Part shown: positions 53,554 through 62,406 of the stretch, piece after piece
Layout of the letters: each line of letters opens with the position of its first letter
How positions within the stretch are numbered: position 1 is the stretch's first letter
Assembly (NCBI GenBank): GCA_024275315.1
Contig: JAJRZK010000012.1
Coordinates: forward strand, 1,869-65,868
Origin: Nitrospirota bacterium
Lineage (GTDB): Bacteria > Nitrospinota_A > UBA7883
Reading direction: 5' to 3'
Length of the DNA stretch: 64,000 nucleotides
Translations under genes and position numbers: made by a program
The notes under the pieces: model-generated
What the model was told of the DNA's origin: nothing
What the model saw: only the letters and a program-made list of their open reading frames with translations
Database searches by the model: none

Positions 53554-53835
53554 CTACAGGTTTATAAATTCCATTGAAAAATCCGACACAACAGCCTGGC
53601 TGGAGATCAAGTCAAGCGTTTTGTTAAGCTGGCTGTCGGCGTGAGCGCACTCCGTCGATACGACGCATATCCCCAGTTGGGCCGTCTGGTGATTATCAAG
53701 ACTGCCCACTTCAGCTATGGAGACGTTGAATTTACTCTTCACCCTGTCCTTTACGCTTCTTACCACCCGCCGTTTGTCTTTTAAAGATCGGGCGCCTTCC
53801 ATATAGAGGGATACTTTCAGAATACCGACCACCAT
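53554..53835 (-). CDS. DUF503 (YlxP-like) protein
   Basis: 93 aa. MVVGILKVSLYMEGARSLKDKRRVVRSVKDRVKSKFNVSIAEV. It sits in the position upstream of rbfA typical of this family. Confidence 0.8.
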   Translation of the reverse strand: MVVGILKVSLYMEGARSLKDKRRVVRSVKDRVKSKFNVSIAEVGSLDNHQTAQLGICVVSTECAHADSQLNKTLDLISSQAVVSDFSMEFINL

Positions 53836-53996
53836 AAAGCCCGCCTAACAGGATCAATCCCCACAAAAAACCTGGTAAAACCCCGCCCGTTTTTTTAGCG
53901 AAAAGCTAATATGGCCCCGGTCTTGCCCGGCGTGAGAAGGTGGATGGATATATATGCCCGGGAATAGCGCGCCAGAGACCGGCGCCGCTAATAATG

Positions 53997-54185
53997 TCAG
54001 CCTTGAAATCTCTGGGCTTTCCTGCGTTTTTTTACAGCCTCTTTTTGTTTTCTCTTACGTTTGGCCGAAGGCTTCTCATATGCCCTTCTTTTCTTGAGCT
54101 CTTTCCAGAGACCATCCTTCAAAAGCTGTCTCTTCAAAGCCTTAAGGGCGGAATCGACCTGTTGGTTTATAACTTTAACTTGCAA
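53997..54185 (-). CDS. rpsU: 30S ribosomal protein S21
   Basis: 62 aa, basic. ...SALKALKRQLLKDGLWKELKKRRAYEKPSAKRKRK. The apparent start is TTG, with GGAG 7 nt upstream. Confidence 0.85.
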   Translation of the reverse strand: MQVKVINQQVDSALKALKRQLLKDGLWKELKKRRAYEKPSAKRKRKQKEAVKKRRKAQRFQG

Positions 54186-54376
54186 TATATAGCTCCATGA
54201 AAAAGCTTGTCCATAACGCCGTCACGGATATTCTCCACCGGCTCCGCATATTAATAGATACACTTTGCGCAAAAAAGACGGAGTTGACAATAACAGCTTA
54301 GCATAGCCCGGGTCAAGCAAAACTATTGAAAGATTTCATGACGGACTCCACAAACCAGGCCAGCCCGGATGGCTGT

Positions 54377-55759
54377 TCAATCCGAAACCACTTTTGAAAG
54401 AATGTCGAGCAGGGTCTTTTTCACCTGTTTTATGCTTTTCACCCCATGGGTTTTCTGAAAAATCTCCAGGGGGAAAATCGCCTTTGCCATGGTTCGGTGG
54501 CCTCCGGCGGAGCCCATACCGGAAAATAATGTGGCGGCAAGCTTGCCGGCGTCGGTTTTGTTGCCGTTGTTCCTGAGCGATATTATAATATTATCCTGGT
54601 ACACACCGCATACCGCGGAAAACGAGGTATCGCCGATCTGGAGCGAAAAATCCGCCAGGCGTGGTATTATGTCGTCCCGCTTGACATAACCGAGCCATAC
54701 AAAAAGAAAATCTCCCACCATTCTCCTGTTGTGAATGGCTCTCACGAAATAGTTCAACTCTTCCGGGTTGAGCCTGGGGCGCGACATGCTGGAAAGCATC
54801 TGGTGATTCGCCAGTGGCCAGAGGTGGCTGAACGCCTCGAAATCTTTGGAGGACGATTCTCTCGCCAATAGCATTGTGTCTGTAATGACTCCATACAACA
54901 GCGCCGTGGCCAACTTTTCTGTTATCCTTATTCCCCCCGCGATCAGGTATTCGCTCATCATTGTAGATGTCGCGCCGTAGGACACGTTTATATCCATGAA
55001 CTCCGCCTCGTAACCGGGCGGGTAGGGGTGGTGGTCTATGACCACCGCCACGTTTTCAAACAGTCCCTCGTCGAAATATGGCGGCTGTACATCGACCATG
55101 ACAACCTTCTCGAACTGGCCGATCTCCTCCGGGCTGATGGTTCGCACGCTGGTGTCCAGAAGGCGAAGCATGGCGATGTTCTCGTTCCTGATGACCTGTC
55201 CCAGTGTGGCGATAGGCGAGGAATCCGGATCGCCGCCGATCAACGCCTGTATGGCCATGCCGGAGGCGATGGCGTCCGGGTCCGGGTCGTCCTGGGTCAT
55301 GATAAGCACGCTCGAAGCGCTCGACAAGGTTCGCCACAACCGATAGGCCTTTTCACGTATGCCGATCAGCCTCCATTCGTTGGCGAGATGCAGACCCACC
55401 ATCGATGGGACGTTGACCACTGATATGTTTGGCAACGCCCCCGTCGAAATGGCCATGGCCTTGTCCGTGAGAAAAAGAATGGGAGGTGGTGAATCGCTTT
55501 TTGACATATGGTCAATCAGCAGGTCGAAACGTTTGGGATCCTGGGCCATGATCAATACCCTGTCCTCCCGGGAGATGTTCAGCCTGGCCAGCCAGTCGGG
55601 GCTGATATTTTCCCGTTCAAACAGCCTGCCGGGAAATTTGATGTTGTTATCATGTGTAAAACCGCCGACCTTGATGACGGTCATGTCATCAGTTATATCC
55701 ACCAGCCCGGATATAAAAGGCATAAACCCGAAATGGTCGGCGAACAGGAAATATCTCAT
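54377..55759 (-). CDS. DHH-family phosphoesterase with extra N-terminal domain
   Basis: 460 aa. DHH motif (VVIDHHP), DPD and D.D upstream motifs, and a C-terminal DHHA1-like GGGH (GSAGGHRTMA). Confidence 0.7.
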   Translation of the reverse strand: MRYFLFADHFGFMPFISGLVDITDDMTVIKVGGFTHDNNIKFPGRLFERENISPDWLARLNISREDRVLIMAQDPKRFDLLIDHMSKSDSPPPILFLTDKAMAISTGALPNISVVNVPSMVGLHLANEWRLIGIREKAYRLWRTLSSASSVLIMTQDDPDPDAIASGMAIQALIGGDPDSSPIATLGQVIRNENIAMLRLLDTSVRTISPEEIGQFEKVVMVDVQPPYFDEGLFENVAVVIDHHPYPPGYEAEFMDINVSYGATSTMMSEYLIAGGIRITEKLATALLYGVITDTMLLARESSSKDFEAFSHLWPLANHQMLSSMSRPRLNPEELNYFVRAIHNRRMVGDFLFVWLGYVKRDDIIPRLADFSLQIGDTSFSAVCGVYQDNIIISLRNNGNKTDAGKLAATLFSGMGSAGGHRTMAKAIFPLEIFQKTHGVKSIKQVKKTLLDILSKVVSD

Positions 55760-55820
55760 GGCTACGAAATTGTTAAATTATAATCCTATTTTACACGGTT
55801 GGTCGCGCAGGTGGGAATTT

Positions 55821-55836
55821 TGGACGCTGGATGGTT
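55821..55836. repeat. 16-bp exact direct repeat, copy 1 (tggacgctggatggtt)
   Basis: Identical 16-mer to 56594-56609. The pair flanks the DinB-like gene. Confidence 0.9.
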
Positions 55837-56018
55837 GTCGATAGTGGCTTCCGAACATCGGGCCGGTCATGCTCCGGGCAAATACGCCACGCCGGGCTGG
55901 CTATACATTTTTTACCAAATTTGGTAGGATTCTGGCCATGGGATCCGTAAGGTGAGATTATACGGGAATGTCGGCGCCGGGAGCGGCGTGGACGCATATA
56001 ACATACAGGGAGACGGTT

Positions 56019-56489
56019 ATGACGGAACTTGACAATTATATTGAGCGGTTCGATGTGGTGGTTAGACACCTGGCCGAGGTGGCGCGTATCATTCCGGAAG
56101 ACAAGCAGATGTTCAAACCGTCGGAAGATTCCCTGCCGTGGCTTTACCTGGTTTCGCACACGGCCACGCATCGGACGGTTTGCATGAAATTTTTTGAAGG
56201 TGACAAGGACCACGGGTTTCCGTCCGTTTACAGGGCCCCGGAGAACCAGCCCGCCAACGGAGCCGAAGCGGCGCAGAAGATAGTTGACACGTGGGAAGAT
56301 CTGAAAACCTACCTGAAAGAAAAACCGGACGATTTTGTGCAACAGGTGGTGGATCCGCCATGGGGTCCCCCGGAGCGGATAATGGATAACCTCTGGTGGT
56401 TGTTCGAGGAGGGGGTCCATCATCGCGGACAGGCGATCGTTTATTGCCGGATGAACGGAGTTAAACCTCCTGTCGTCTGGGGAACCTGA
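56019..56489 (+). CDS. DinB-family four-helix-bundle protein
   Basis: 156 aa from ATG 56019 (AGGGAGA upstream). The His triad spacing (H..H near the N-terminus, EEGVHHRGQ near the C-terminus) is typical of the DinB/YfiT family. The 283-aa antisense ORF is rejected. Confidence 0.65.
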   Translation: MTELDNYIERFDVVVRHLAEVARIIPEDKQMFKPSEDSLPWLYLVSHTATHRTVCMKFFEGDKDHGFPSVYRAPENQPANGAEAAQKIVDTWEDLKTYLKEKPDDFVQQVVDPPWGPPERIMDNLWWLFEEGVHHRGQAIVYCRMNGVKPPVVWGT

Positions 56490-56593
56490 CCAGCGCTTTT
56501 CCACTCGCGTTCCCGGAGCCGGATCGGGCGGGGGCGTGCGTGCGCGCAAAATGATTTCCGGCCCAACGGATAACGGGGCCTCTTTTGTAATCC

Positions 56594-56609
56594 TGGACGC
56601 TGGATGGTT
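56594..56609. repeat. 16-bp exact direct repeat, copy 2 (tggacgctggatggtt)
   Basis: Identical to 55821-55836. Confidence 0.9.
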
Positions 56610-56843
56610 TCGGTTGGAAAGGGAAGGAAGCATACAGGACACTTCCTTGCCAAACCAAGGTCACTTAAGAATGGGAATTCCGAACGCTTTCGGAAAACGG
56701 AGCCGAGGGCTCCCATATACGAATACCCCTGTTATGACTTTGAACTGACCAGACAGATCACCAACCTTTCGATTGAATAACCGGGGCGCCTGGTTATGGG
56801 TACCTCTAAAAATTGGTTTCGTAACGAAAATTGCACGGCTGGC

Positions 56844-57368
56844 TTATTGCCGGGTGTAATAGCCAGCAAGGTCCAGGGTGGTGGGTCGTTCGCCTGCGGT
56901 CGCGCCTGCCCGCCCTTCGCCCTCATATAATCTGTCCCCCTCTATCGCGATGATATCGTAGAACATTATCGGGGTGGACCCGCTACTCATAGTTACTCCA
57001 TTTTGTGAGAGGATCCAGGAATTTTGCGTTACGTCAATTTGATAGGCGTTTTTACCGCTGGCGGTGAGGTTGGCGCCAAAGGAATAAGCGCTCTGATTAA
57101 TTTTCATAAGGCCTGTGGGCGAAGCGCAAGCGGGATCTGTGTGCCAAATGACTGTTTCTACCGTACTACCGCCATCGCTATAGGTTATTGTAATAGTAAT
57201 ATAGGGCTCTGGGCCTCCGATATTGATACAGACAGATTTCCATGTTCCCACCATTAATGATTCTATGCTCGAGCCTGAACCGGACGAGTCAGACGACCCG
57301 CCACCTCCGCCACACGCAACCAGAAATAAGATAAACGCGATGGTAAGAATATTGGTAGCGCGTTTCAT
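56844..57368 (-). CDS. lipoprotein, function unknown
   Basis: Signal peptide with lipobox (AFILFLVAC) followed by a Gly/Ser linker (GGGGGSSDSSGSGSS). Confidence 0.6.
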   Translation of the reverse strand: MKRATNILTIAFILFLVACGGGGGSSDSSGSGSSIESLMVGTWKSVCINIGGPEPYITITITYSDGGSTVETVIWHTDPACASPTGLMKINQSAYSFGANLTASGKNAYQIDVTQNSWILSQNGVTMSSGSTPIMFYDIIAIEGDRLYEGEGRAGATAGERPTTLDLAGYYTRQ

Positions 57369-57658
57369 GGTTTCTTCTATATCTGTTTTTCGAAAATGGT
57401 AATACGACAGAATTGAAAAGTCAAAAATTTTCTAATATTAGTTGGTGACAGTCCACATTTTGTACCTACCTGTTTTTGCTGATCGGTCCCTTTTTTCAGC
57501 TTTTTACAAATTTCCCGCGACGAGGTGACAGCTTGTCACGTGTTTCCCGGTAGGCGATTCGAGACAGGAATTCTTCCATAGAATGTCATGCCCAACGATC
57601 AGCGCCCATGAGAAATCAATCATGTCTGCGCCATTTCAGCCGACGGGGACATCGCCGC

Positions 57659-57687
57659 TTGACAAACGGGGAAGGAAACACGATACT
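57659..57687 (+). promoter_or_regulatory. candidate sigma70-type promoter of the cop operon
   Basis: TTGACA (57659-57664), 17-nt spacer, GATACT (57682-57687). Confidence 0.35.
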
Positions 57688-57697
57688 TATTATAAGG

Positions 57698-57713
57698 CAC
57701 CCCGGGTGGGGTG
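57698..57713. promoter_or_regulatory. candidate CsoR operator: CACCCC-gggt-GGGGTG
   Basis: A perfect 6-bp C-tract/G-tract inverted repeat immediately downstream of the putative -10, and 123 nt upstream of copZ. CsoR-family operators are described as GC-rich C-tract/G-tract pseudo-palindromes. Confidence 0.5.
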
Positions 57714-57762
57714 GGGCCGACGCGGAGGCGGTTTGCCGACTAAATCGCGGCAATGTGCCGTG

Positions 57763-57798
57763 TTGTGACAACACGCCGTATTGCGACAATACGCCGCC
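57763..57798. repeat. 18-bp tandem repeat, 2 copies (ttgtgacaacacgccgta / ttgcgacaatacgccgcc)
   Basis: Read directly. It lies between the putative operator and the copZ start. Confidence 0.8.
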
Positions 57799-57835
57799 CG
57801 ATTGATATTGGAACTGTAGTGATAGGAAATACGCC

Positions 57836-58039
57836 ATGAAAAAAACCATAAATATCGAAGGTATGAGTTGCCAGAGTTGTGTCAATCATGTAACCGAAGC
57901 GCTGGAAAAAGTGGCCGGGTCCGTGGAAGTCGACCTGGAGGCGAAACAGGCGACGGTGGAAGTGGCTGGCGATGTGACCAGCGAGACGCTGTCACAGGCT
58001 GTCGCCGGCGCGGGTTACACGGTTGTCTCTATCTCGTGA
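57836..58039 (+). CDS. copZ: heavy-metal-associated (HMA) copper chaperone
   Basis: 67 aa with the GMSCQSC metal-binding motif. Confidence 0.85.
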   Translation: MKKTINIEGMSCQSCVNHVTEALEKVAGSVEVDLEAKQATVEVAGDVTSETLSQAVAGAGYTVVSIS

Positions 58040-58048
58040 GGTTTCCGA

Positions 58049-58324
58049 ATGCTTGCTGACGTGAAAAAGGAGGCGTTGTTAAGCCTGAAGACCGCGAAGG
58101 GACAGATAGAGGGTATCGTCAGGATGATAGAAGATGATCGCTATTGCGTGGATGTCTCCAAACAGATTCTTTCCGCCCAGTCGCTCTTGAGAAAGGCGAA
58201 CCTGGAGATATTGCGGGGTCATATCAAGACCTGCGTGACCGACGCGGTTCGGGCGGGGCGGGGGGATGAGAAAATTGAGGAAATTTTCGACATCATACAA
58301 AGATACGCGGCCCCCGGGCGATAG
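58049..58324 (+). CDS. csoR: CsoR-family metal-sensing transcriptional repressor
   Basis: 91 aa with C-H-C ligands in ...DRYCVDV....RGHIKTCV. Confidence 0.85.
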   Translation: MLADVKKEALLSLKTAKGQIEGIVRMIEDDRYCVDVSKQILSAQSLLRKANLEILRGHIKTCVTDAVRAGRGDEKIEEIFDIIQRYAAPGR

Positions 58325-58369
58325 GCCGGGAGCCGCCGCGCCGGTCAGACGCTGGCGGAGGGAGCGAAT

Positions 58370-60601
58370 ATGGAAAATGTGGAGATAGGAGTTGGCGGAA
58401 TGACATGCGCCTCCTGCGTGCGTAGGGTGGAAAACCACCTCAAAGGTGGTGATGGCGTGCTGGACGCTTCGGTGAACCTGGCGACAGAGTCGGCCACCAT
58501 CAGCTACGACCCGACAGCCATCGGATATGAAAAACTCAAGGAGCTTGTAACGGAGGCTGGATACAAACCCTATGACGTGCGAACCGATTCCGCGCAGGAG
58601 GATGTCGAGCGGCGCAGGGACGAGTTTCGCAAATCACTGGTCCGTTTCGTCGTATCCGCGTTATTGACCGCGCCCATTTTGATCATCTCCATGAAGGATA
58701 TGCTCGGAATACTTTCCGGGATACCCTCGCAGGTGGAGAAAGGGGCCCTGTTTGTTCTGACATCGCTGGTTATGTTCACTGTCGGCGCTCCTTTCATGAC
58801 CGGCGCGTGGAAAGCGTTCAGGAACCACGCGGCGGACATGAACACGTTGATAGCTGTCGGGACCCTGGCCGCATATTCCTATTCCACCGTGTCGGCGTTC
58901 GCGCCGGAGCTGATATCCACGTCGGGTGAAACGCCACCTGTCTATTTCGAGACCGCCGCCATGATAATCACCCTGATCCTTATGGGCAAATATCTGGAGG
59001 CGCGAGCCAAGGGGAAGGCGTCCGACGCCATATCAAAACTGATGGGACTGCGCCCGAAGACAGCCATGGTGATACGTGACGGGGAGCAGGTCCAGATCGA
59101 AATAGAAAAAGTGGTCGTGGGAGACCGGGTGGTCGTGCGCCCGGGGGAGTCTGTTCCCGTTGACGGCACGCTCGTCGACGGAGCCTCCTCCGTGGACGAG
59201 TCGATGATCACCGGGGAGTCCATCCCCGTGGAGAAACACGCGGGAGACAAGGTGGTGGGGGGCTCTGTAAACACCACCGGCTCTTTTACATTTACCGCGA
59301 CAGGAGTCGGGGCCCAGACCACGCTGGCCAGGATAGTGCGGATGGTTCGTCAGGCGCAGGGGAGCAAGGCTCCGGCCCAGAAGCTCGCGGATCTGGTGGC
59401 GTCATATTTCGTTCCGGCTGTGATGATCGTGGCGGTTGTAACGTTTGTCGTCTGGTATGATTTCGGCCCGGAACCGCGCCATGTGCACGCCCTGGTGAAC
59501 TTTGTCGCGGTGATGATAATCGCCTGTCCATGCGCGCTGGGGCTGGCCACTCCGACGGCGATAATGGTGAGCGCCGGAAAGGGGGCGCAATGCGGCGTAT
59601 TGATAAAAAATGGCGAGGCTCTGGAAAAGGCGGCGGTTATCGACACCATTATCCTGGACAAAACCGGAACCGTGACGACTGGTAAACCGTCTGTGGTCGA
59701 TGTGATCGTATCGGACGGATTCAGGCGTGACGACCTGATCTCACTCGCCGCCTCGGTGGAAAAACGGTCCGAACATCCGCTGGCAGAGGCGGTGGTGCGG
59801 TATGCCGGGGAGCAGGGGATTGACACCATGGATATCGATGGTTTTCAATCGGAGACCGGGTCTGGTGTCGAGGCTGTTGTGGATAGCGCCAGGATTCTGG
59901 TCGGGTCCGAAGGGTACATGTCCGGACAGGGCGTCGATGTGTCTGGTTTTGCCGGCGAGAGCGGCGGTATTTCCTCCAGGGGAATAACGCCTCTTTATGT
60001 GGCCAGGGATGGTGAGTGCGTTGGGGTGATAGGTGTGTCGGACACTGTCAAGCCAGGTATCGACAAAACCATCAGGCTGTTCAATACGATGGGACTGGAC
60101 GTGGTGATGATCACCGGAGACCACCAGGCCACAGCGGACGCCATAGCAAGGCAGGTGGGCATAAACAATGTGATCGCAGGCGCCAAACCGGAAGACAAGG
60201 CCAAAGAGGCCAGACGTCTGCAGAAAAAAGGGCGGGTTGTTGCCATGGTGGGAGACGGGATCAACGACGCTCCCGCCCTCGCGGCGGCCGATGTCGGGTT
60301 CGCCATAGGCGCGGGGACCGATATCGCCATGGAATCGGCCGAGATCACGCTGATGAAAGACAGTGTCGACGGGGTGGCGACGGCGATATCGCTGGGAAAA
60401 GCCACGTTAAGGACGATCAAGCAGAATCTTTTTTGGGCGTTCGCCTATAACACAGCCCTCATACCTGTTGCCGCGGGTGTGTTGTATCCCATATGGTCGG
60501 TGACCATGGACCCGATGTTCGCCGCGTTGGCGATGGCTTTTTCGTCGGTGACGGTTGTGACCAATTCGTTACGCTTGAAAACGTTCAGGGCGAATGTATG
60601 A
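58370..60601 (+). CDS. copA: copper-translocating P1B-type ATPase
   Basis: N-terminal HMA (GMTCASC), TGES, the CPC in a TM helix ([13 protein letters not shown]), DKTGTVT and GDGINDAP. Confidence 0.95.
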   Translation: MENVEIGVGGMTCASCVRRVENHLKGGDGVLDASVNLATESATISYDPTAIGYEKLKELVTEAGYKPYDVRTDSAQEDVERRRDEFRKSLVRFVVSALLTAPILIISMKDMLGILSGIPSQVEKGALFVLTSLVMFTVGAPFMTGAWKAFRNHAADMNTLIAVGTLAAYSYSTVSAFAPELISTSGETPPVYFETAAMIITLILMGKYLEARAKGKASDAISKLMGLRPKTAMVIRDGEQVQIEIEKVVVGDRVVVRPGESVPVDGTLVDGASSVDESMITGESIPVEKHAGDKVVGGSVNTTGSFTFTATGVGAQTTLARIVRMVRQAQGSKAPAQKLADLVASYFVPAVMIVAVVTFVVWYDFGPEPRHVHALVNFVAVMIIACPCALGLATPTAIMVSAGKGAQCGVLIKNGEALEKAAVIDTIILDKTGTVTTGKPSVVDVIVSDGFRRDDLISLAASVEKRSEHPLAEAVVRYAGEQGIDTMDIDGFQSETGSGVEAVVDSARILVGSEGYMSGQGVDVSGFAGESGGISSRGITPLYVARDGECVGVIGVSDTVKPGIDKTIRLFNTMGLDVVMITGDHQATADAIARQVGINNVIAGAKPEDKAKEARRLQKKGRVVAMVGDGINDAPALAAADVGFAIGAGTDIAMESAEITLMKDSVDGVATAISLGKATLRTIKQNLFWAFAYNTALIPVAAGVLYPIWSVTMDPMFAALAMAFSSVTVVTNSLRLKTFRANV

Positions 60602-60614
60602 AGGGTGGATAATT

Positions 60615-60713
60615 ATGGATGACAAAGTGGCGGTGACGCTGGCGGGGTTGGCGGTTATCGCCTGGATCGTATGGTATTTCTATATTACACCAGGCGGGAA
60701 ACACGAAAGCTGA
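60615..60713 (+). CDS. possible 32-aa single-TM peptide downstream of copA
   Basis: My translation is MDDKVAVTLAGLAVIAWIVWYFYITPGGKHES. The ATG lies 13 nt after the copA stop with GGTGGA upstream. The only support is position and hydrophobicity. Confidence 0.25.
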   Translation: MDDKVAVTLAGLAVIAWIVWYFYITPGGKHES

Positions 60714-60741
60714 AGCGGAATCAAATGATACGGTGTGATGA

Positions 60742-60966
60742 CTAGAAAATCTTGCTCTTGTCTTCCACTTTCAGGTTTAAAGCTTCGAGAATTTTTCGCT
60801 GTGTGTCGACCCGGCAAGCTTCACCCTTCTCGATCCTGTTGAGGGTTTGAACTGAAATTCCGGCCTTACGAGCCAATTCAGCCTTGGACATCATCAGGTT
60901 GTCGCGGTATTCCTTTACCTTGTTCCGGGATTTCATATTTTTGCTCTTAGCTTCCGTCTCAGACAT
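60742..60966 (-). CDS. XRE-family helix-turn-helix transcriptional regulator
   Basis: 74 aa. MSKAELARKAGISVQTLNRIEKGE. Confidence 0.8.
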   Translation of the reverse strand: MSETEAKSKNMKSRNKVKEYRDNLMMSKAELARKAGISVQTLNRIEKGEACRVDTQRKILEALNLKVEDKSKIF

Positions 60967-61312
60967 CTTGCGAAAAAACCTTTCGTCACATGCGTGATTA
61001 AAAACCCCCCACGACTATAAGCTTATACAATTACGATACAAAATCAAGATAATTAAAAGATACTTTCACTATCTAAAGGATACAATTATCGGCTAATTAG
61101 ATGCAATGACAGATTTTCGGAGAGCTTTTGGCATTAATAATCAATATCTTATTCTGATATAGTTAAAGTTATATATTGGTAAATATAATATAACGCATTG
61201 TATTAACATATGGTATATGGGCGTTGATCTTATTTTATTGGTGGTTTTCACGCCAAATTGCTAGACTTGTTTCCTTCTTATTCGAATAATTTAAAGAGAA
61301 GCGAATAACAAC

Positions 61313-62383
61313 ATGAAAATAGCGGTATTTCCCGGCGACGGTATTGGTGGAGAGGTTGTAGACGAGGCGCTACGTGTTCTGGAGAGGGTAGGCGGCAAAT
61401 ATGGCTTGAAAATCGAGACCGAAAAGGCTCTTGTCGGAGGCGGGGCGTATGACGAATACGGTGTCCCGTTGCCGGAGAAGTCGTTGTCGCTGGCCAAGCA
61501 GGCCGACGCGGTTCTTTTGGGAGCGGTCGGGGGTCCGAAATGGGAGCCTCTCGATTATGAGTTTCGGCCCGAGAGAGCTCTTCTGGGGTTGCGGTCGGAG
61601 CTGGACCTTTTCGCGAACCTTCGACCGGCGAAGATATATCCCGCCCTGGCCGATTCTTCTTCCCTGAAACGGGAAGTTGTCGAGGGTATCGACATAATGG
61701 TTGTCCGGGAGCTGGTTGGTGGAATATATTTCGGGCGACCCAAAGGGGTGGAGAAGCTCGCCGATGGAACCGAACGGGGCGTCAACACCCTGGTCTACAC
61801 CACGCCGGAAATAGAGCGCATTGCGCGGATCGCTTTTGAGATAGCCATGAAACGCGGCAAACGGGTCTGTTCCGTGGACAAGGCCAATGTGCTCGAATGC
61901 ACCGAGCTTTGGCGCAGGGTGGTAACGAAGAGCCACGCCGGCTATCCCGAAGTGGAGCTGTCCCACATGTACGTTGACAACTGCGCCATGCAGTTGGTCC
62001 GTTATCCGGGCCAGTTCGATGTTATAGTGACCACAAACATGTTCGGTGATATCCTGTCCGACATATCGGCCATGCTCACCGGAAGCATCGGCATGTTGCC
62101 ATCGGCCTCGCTTGGCGCCACCAGCGGCATGTACGAACCGGTGCACGGGTCCGCGCCGGATATCGCGGGGCAGGACAAGGCAAACCCGATTGCGACGATA
62201 TTGTCGGTGGCCATGATGCTCCACTATACGCTGGACGCCGCCGAGGCCGCCCGTGATATCGAACAGGCGGTGCAGAAAGTCCTCGACGCGGGTTACAGGA
62301 CGCCGGACATAGCGGCCGACGGCGTGAAACCGGTCGGGACGAAACAGATGGGGCAGCTGATAGTGGACGCGATAGAAACCTGA
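61313..62383 (+). CDS. leuB: 3-isopropylmalate dehydrogenase
   Basis: 356 aa. MKIAV.PGDGIG.EV, NLRP, DKANVL and NMFGDILSD. Confidence 0.95.
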   Translation: MKIAVFPGDGIGGEVVDEALRVLERVGGKYGLKIETEKALVGGGAYDEYGVPLPEKSLSLAKQADAVLLGAVGGPKWEPLDYEFRPERALLGLRSELDLFANLRPAKIYPALADSSSLKREVVEGIDIMVVRELVGGIYFGRPKGVEKLADGTERGVNTLVYTTPEIERIARIAFEIAMKRGKRVCSVDKANVLECTELWRRVVTKSHAGYPEVELSHMYVDNCAMQLVRYPGQFDVIVTTNMFGDILSDISAMLTGSIGMLPSASLGATSGMYEPVHGSAPDIAGQDKANPIATILSVAMMLHYTLDAAEAARDIEQAVQKVLDAGYRTPDIAADGVKPVGTKQMGQLIVDAIET

Positions 62384-62406
62384 GGAATGTATAAAGGAAA
62401 CCGACG

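Noticed and set aside
55791-56642. 283-aa '-'-strand ORF overlapping the DinB-like gene
   Set aside because: It has no recognisable motifs and a P/R/G-rich composition. It spans two spacers and runs antisense to a gene with a good RBS and a DinB-type His pattern. It is probably a GC-driven open frame.
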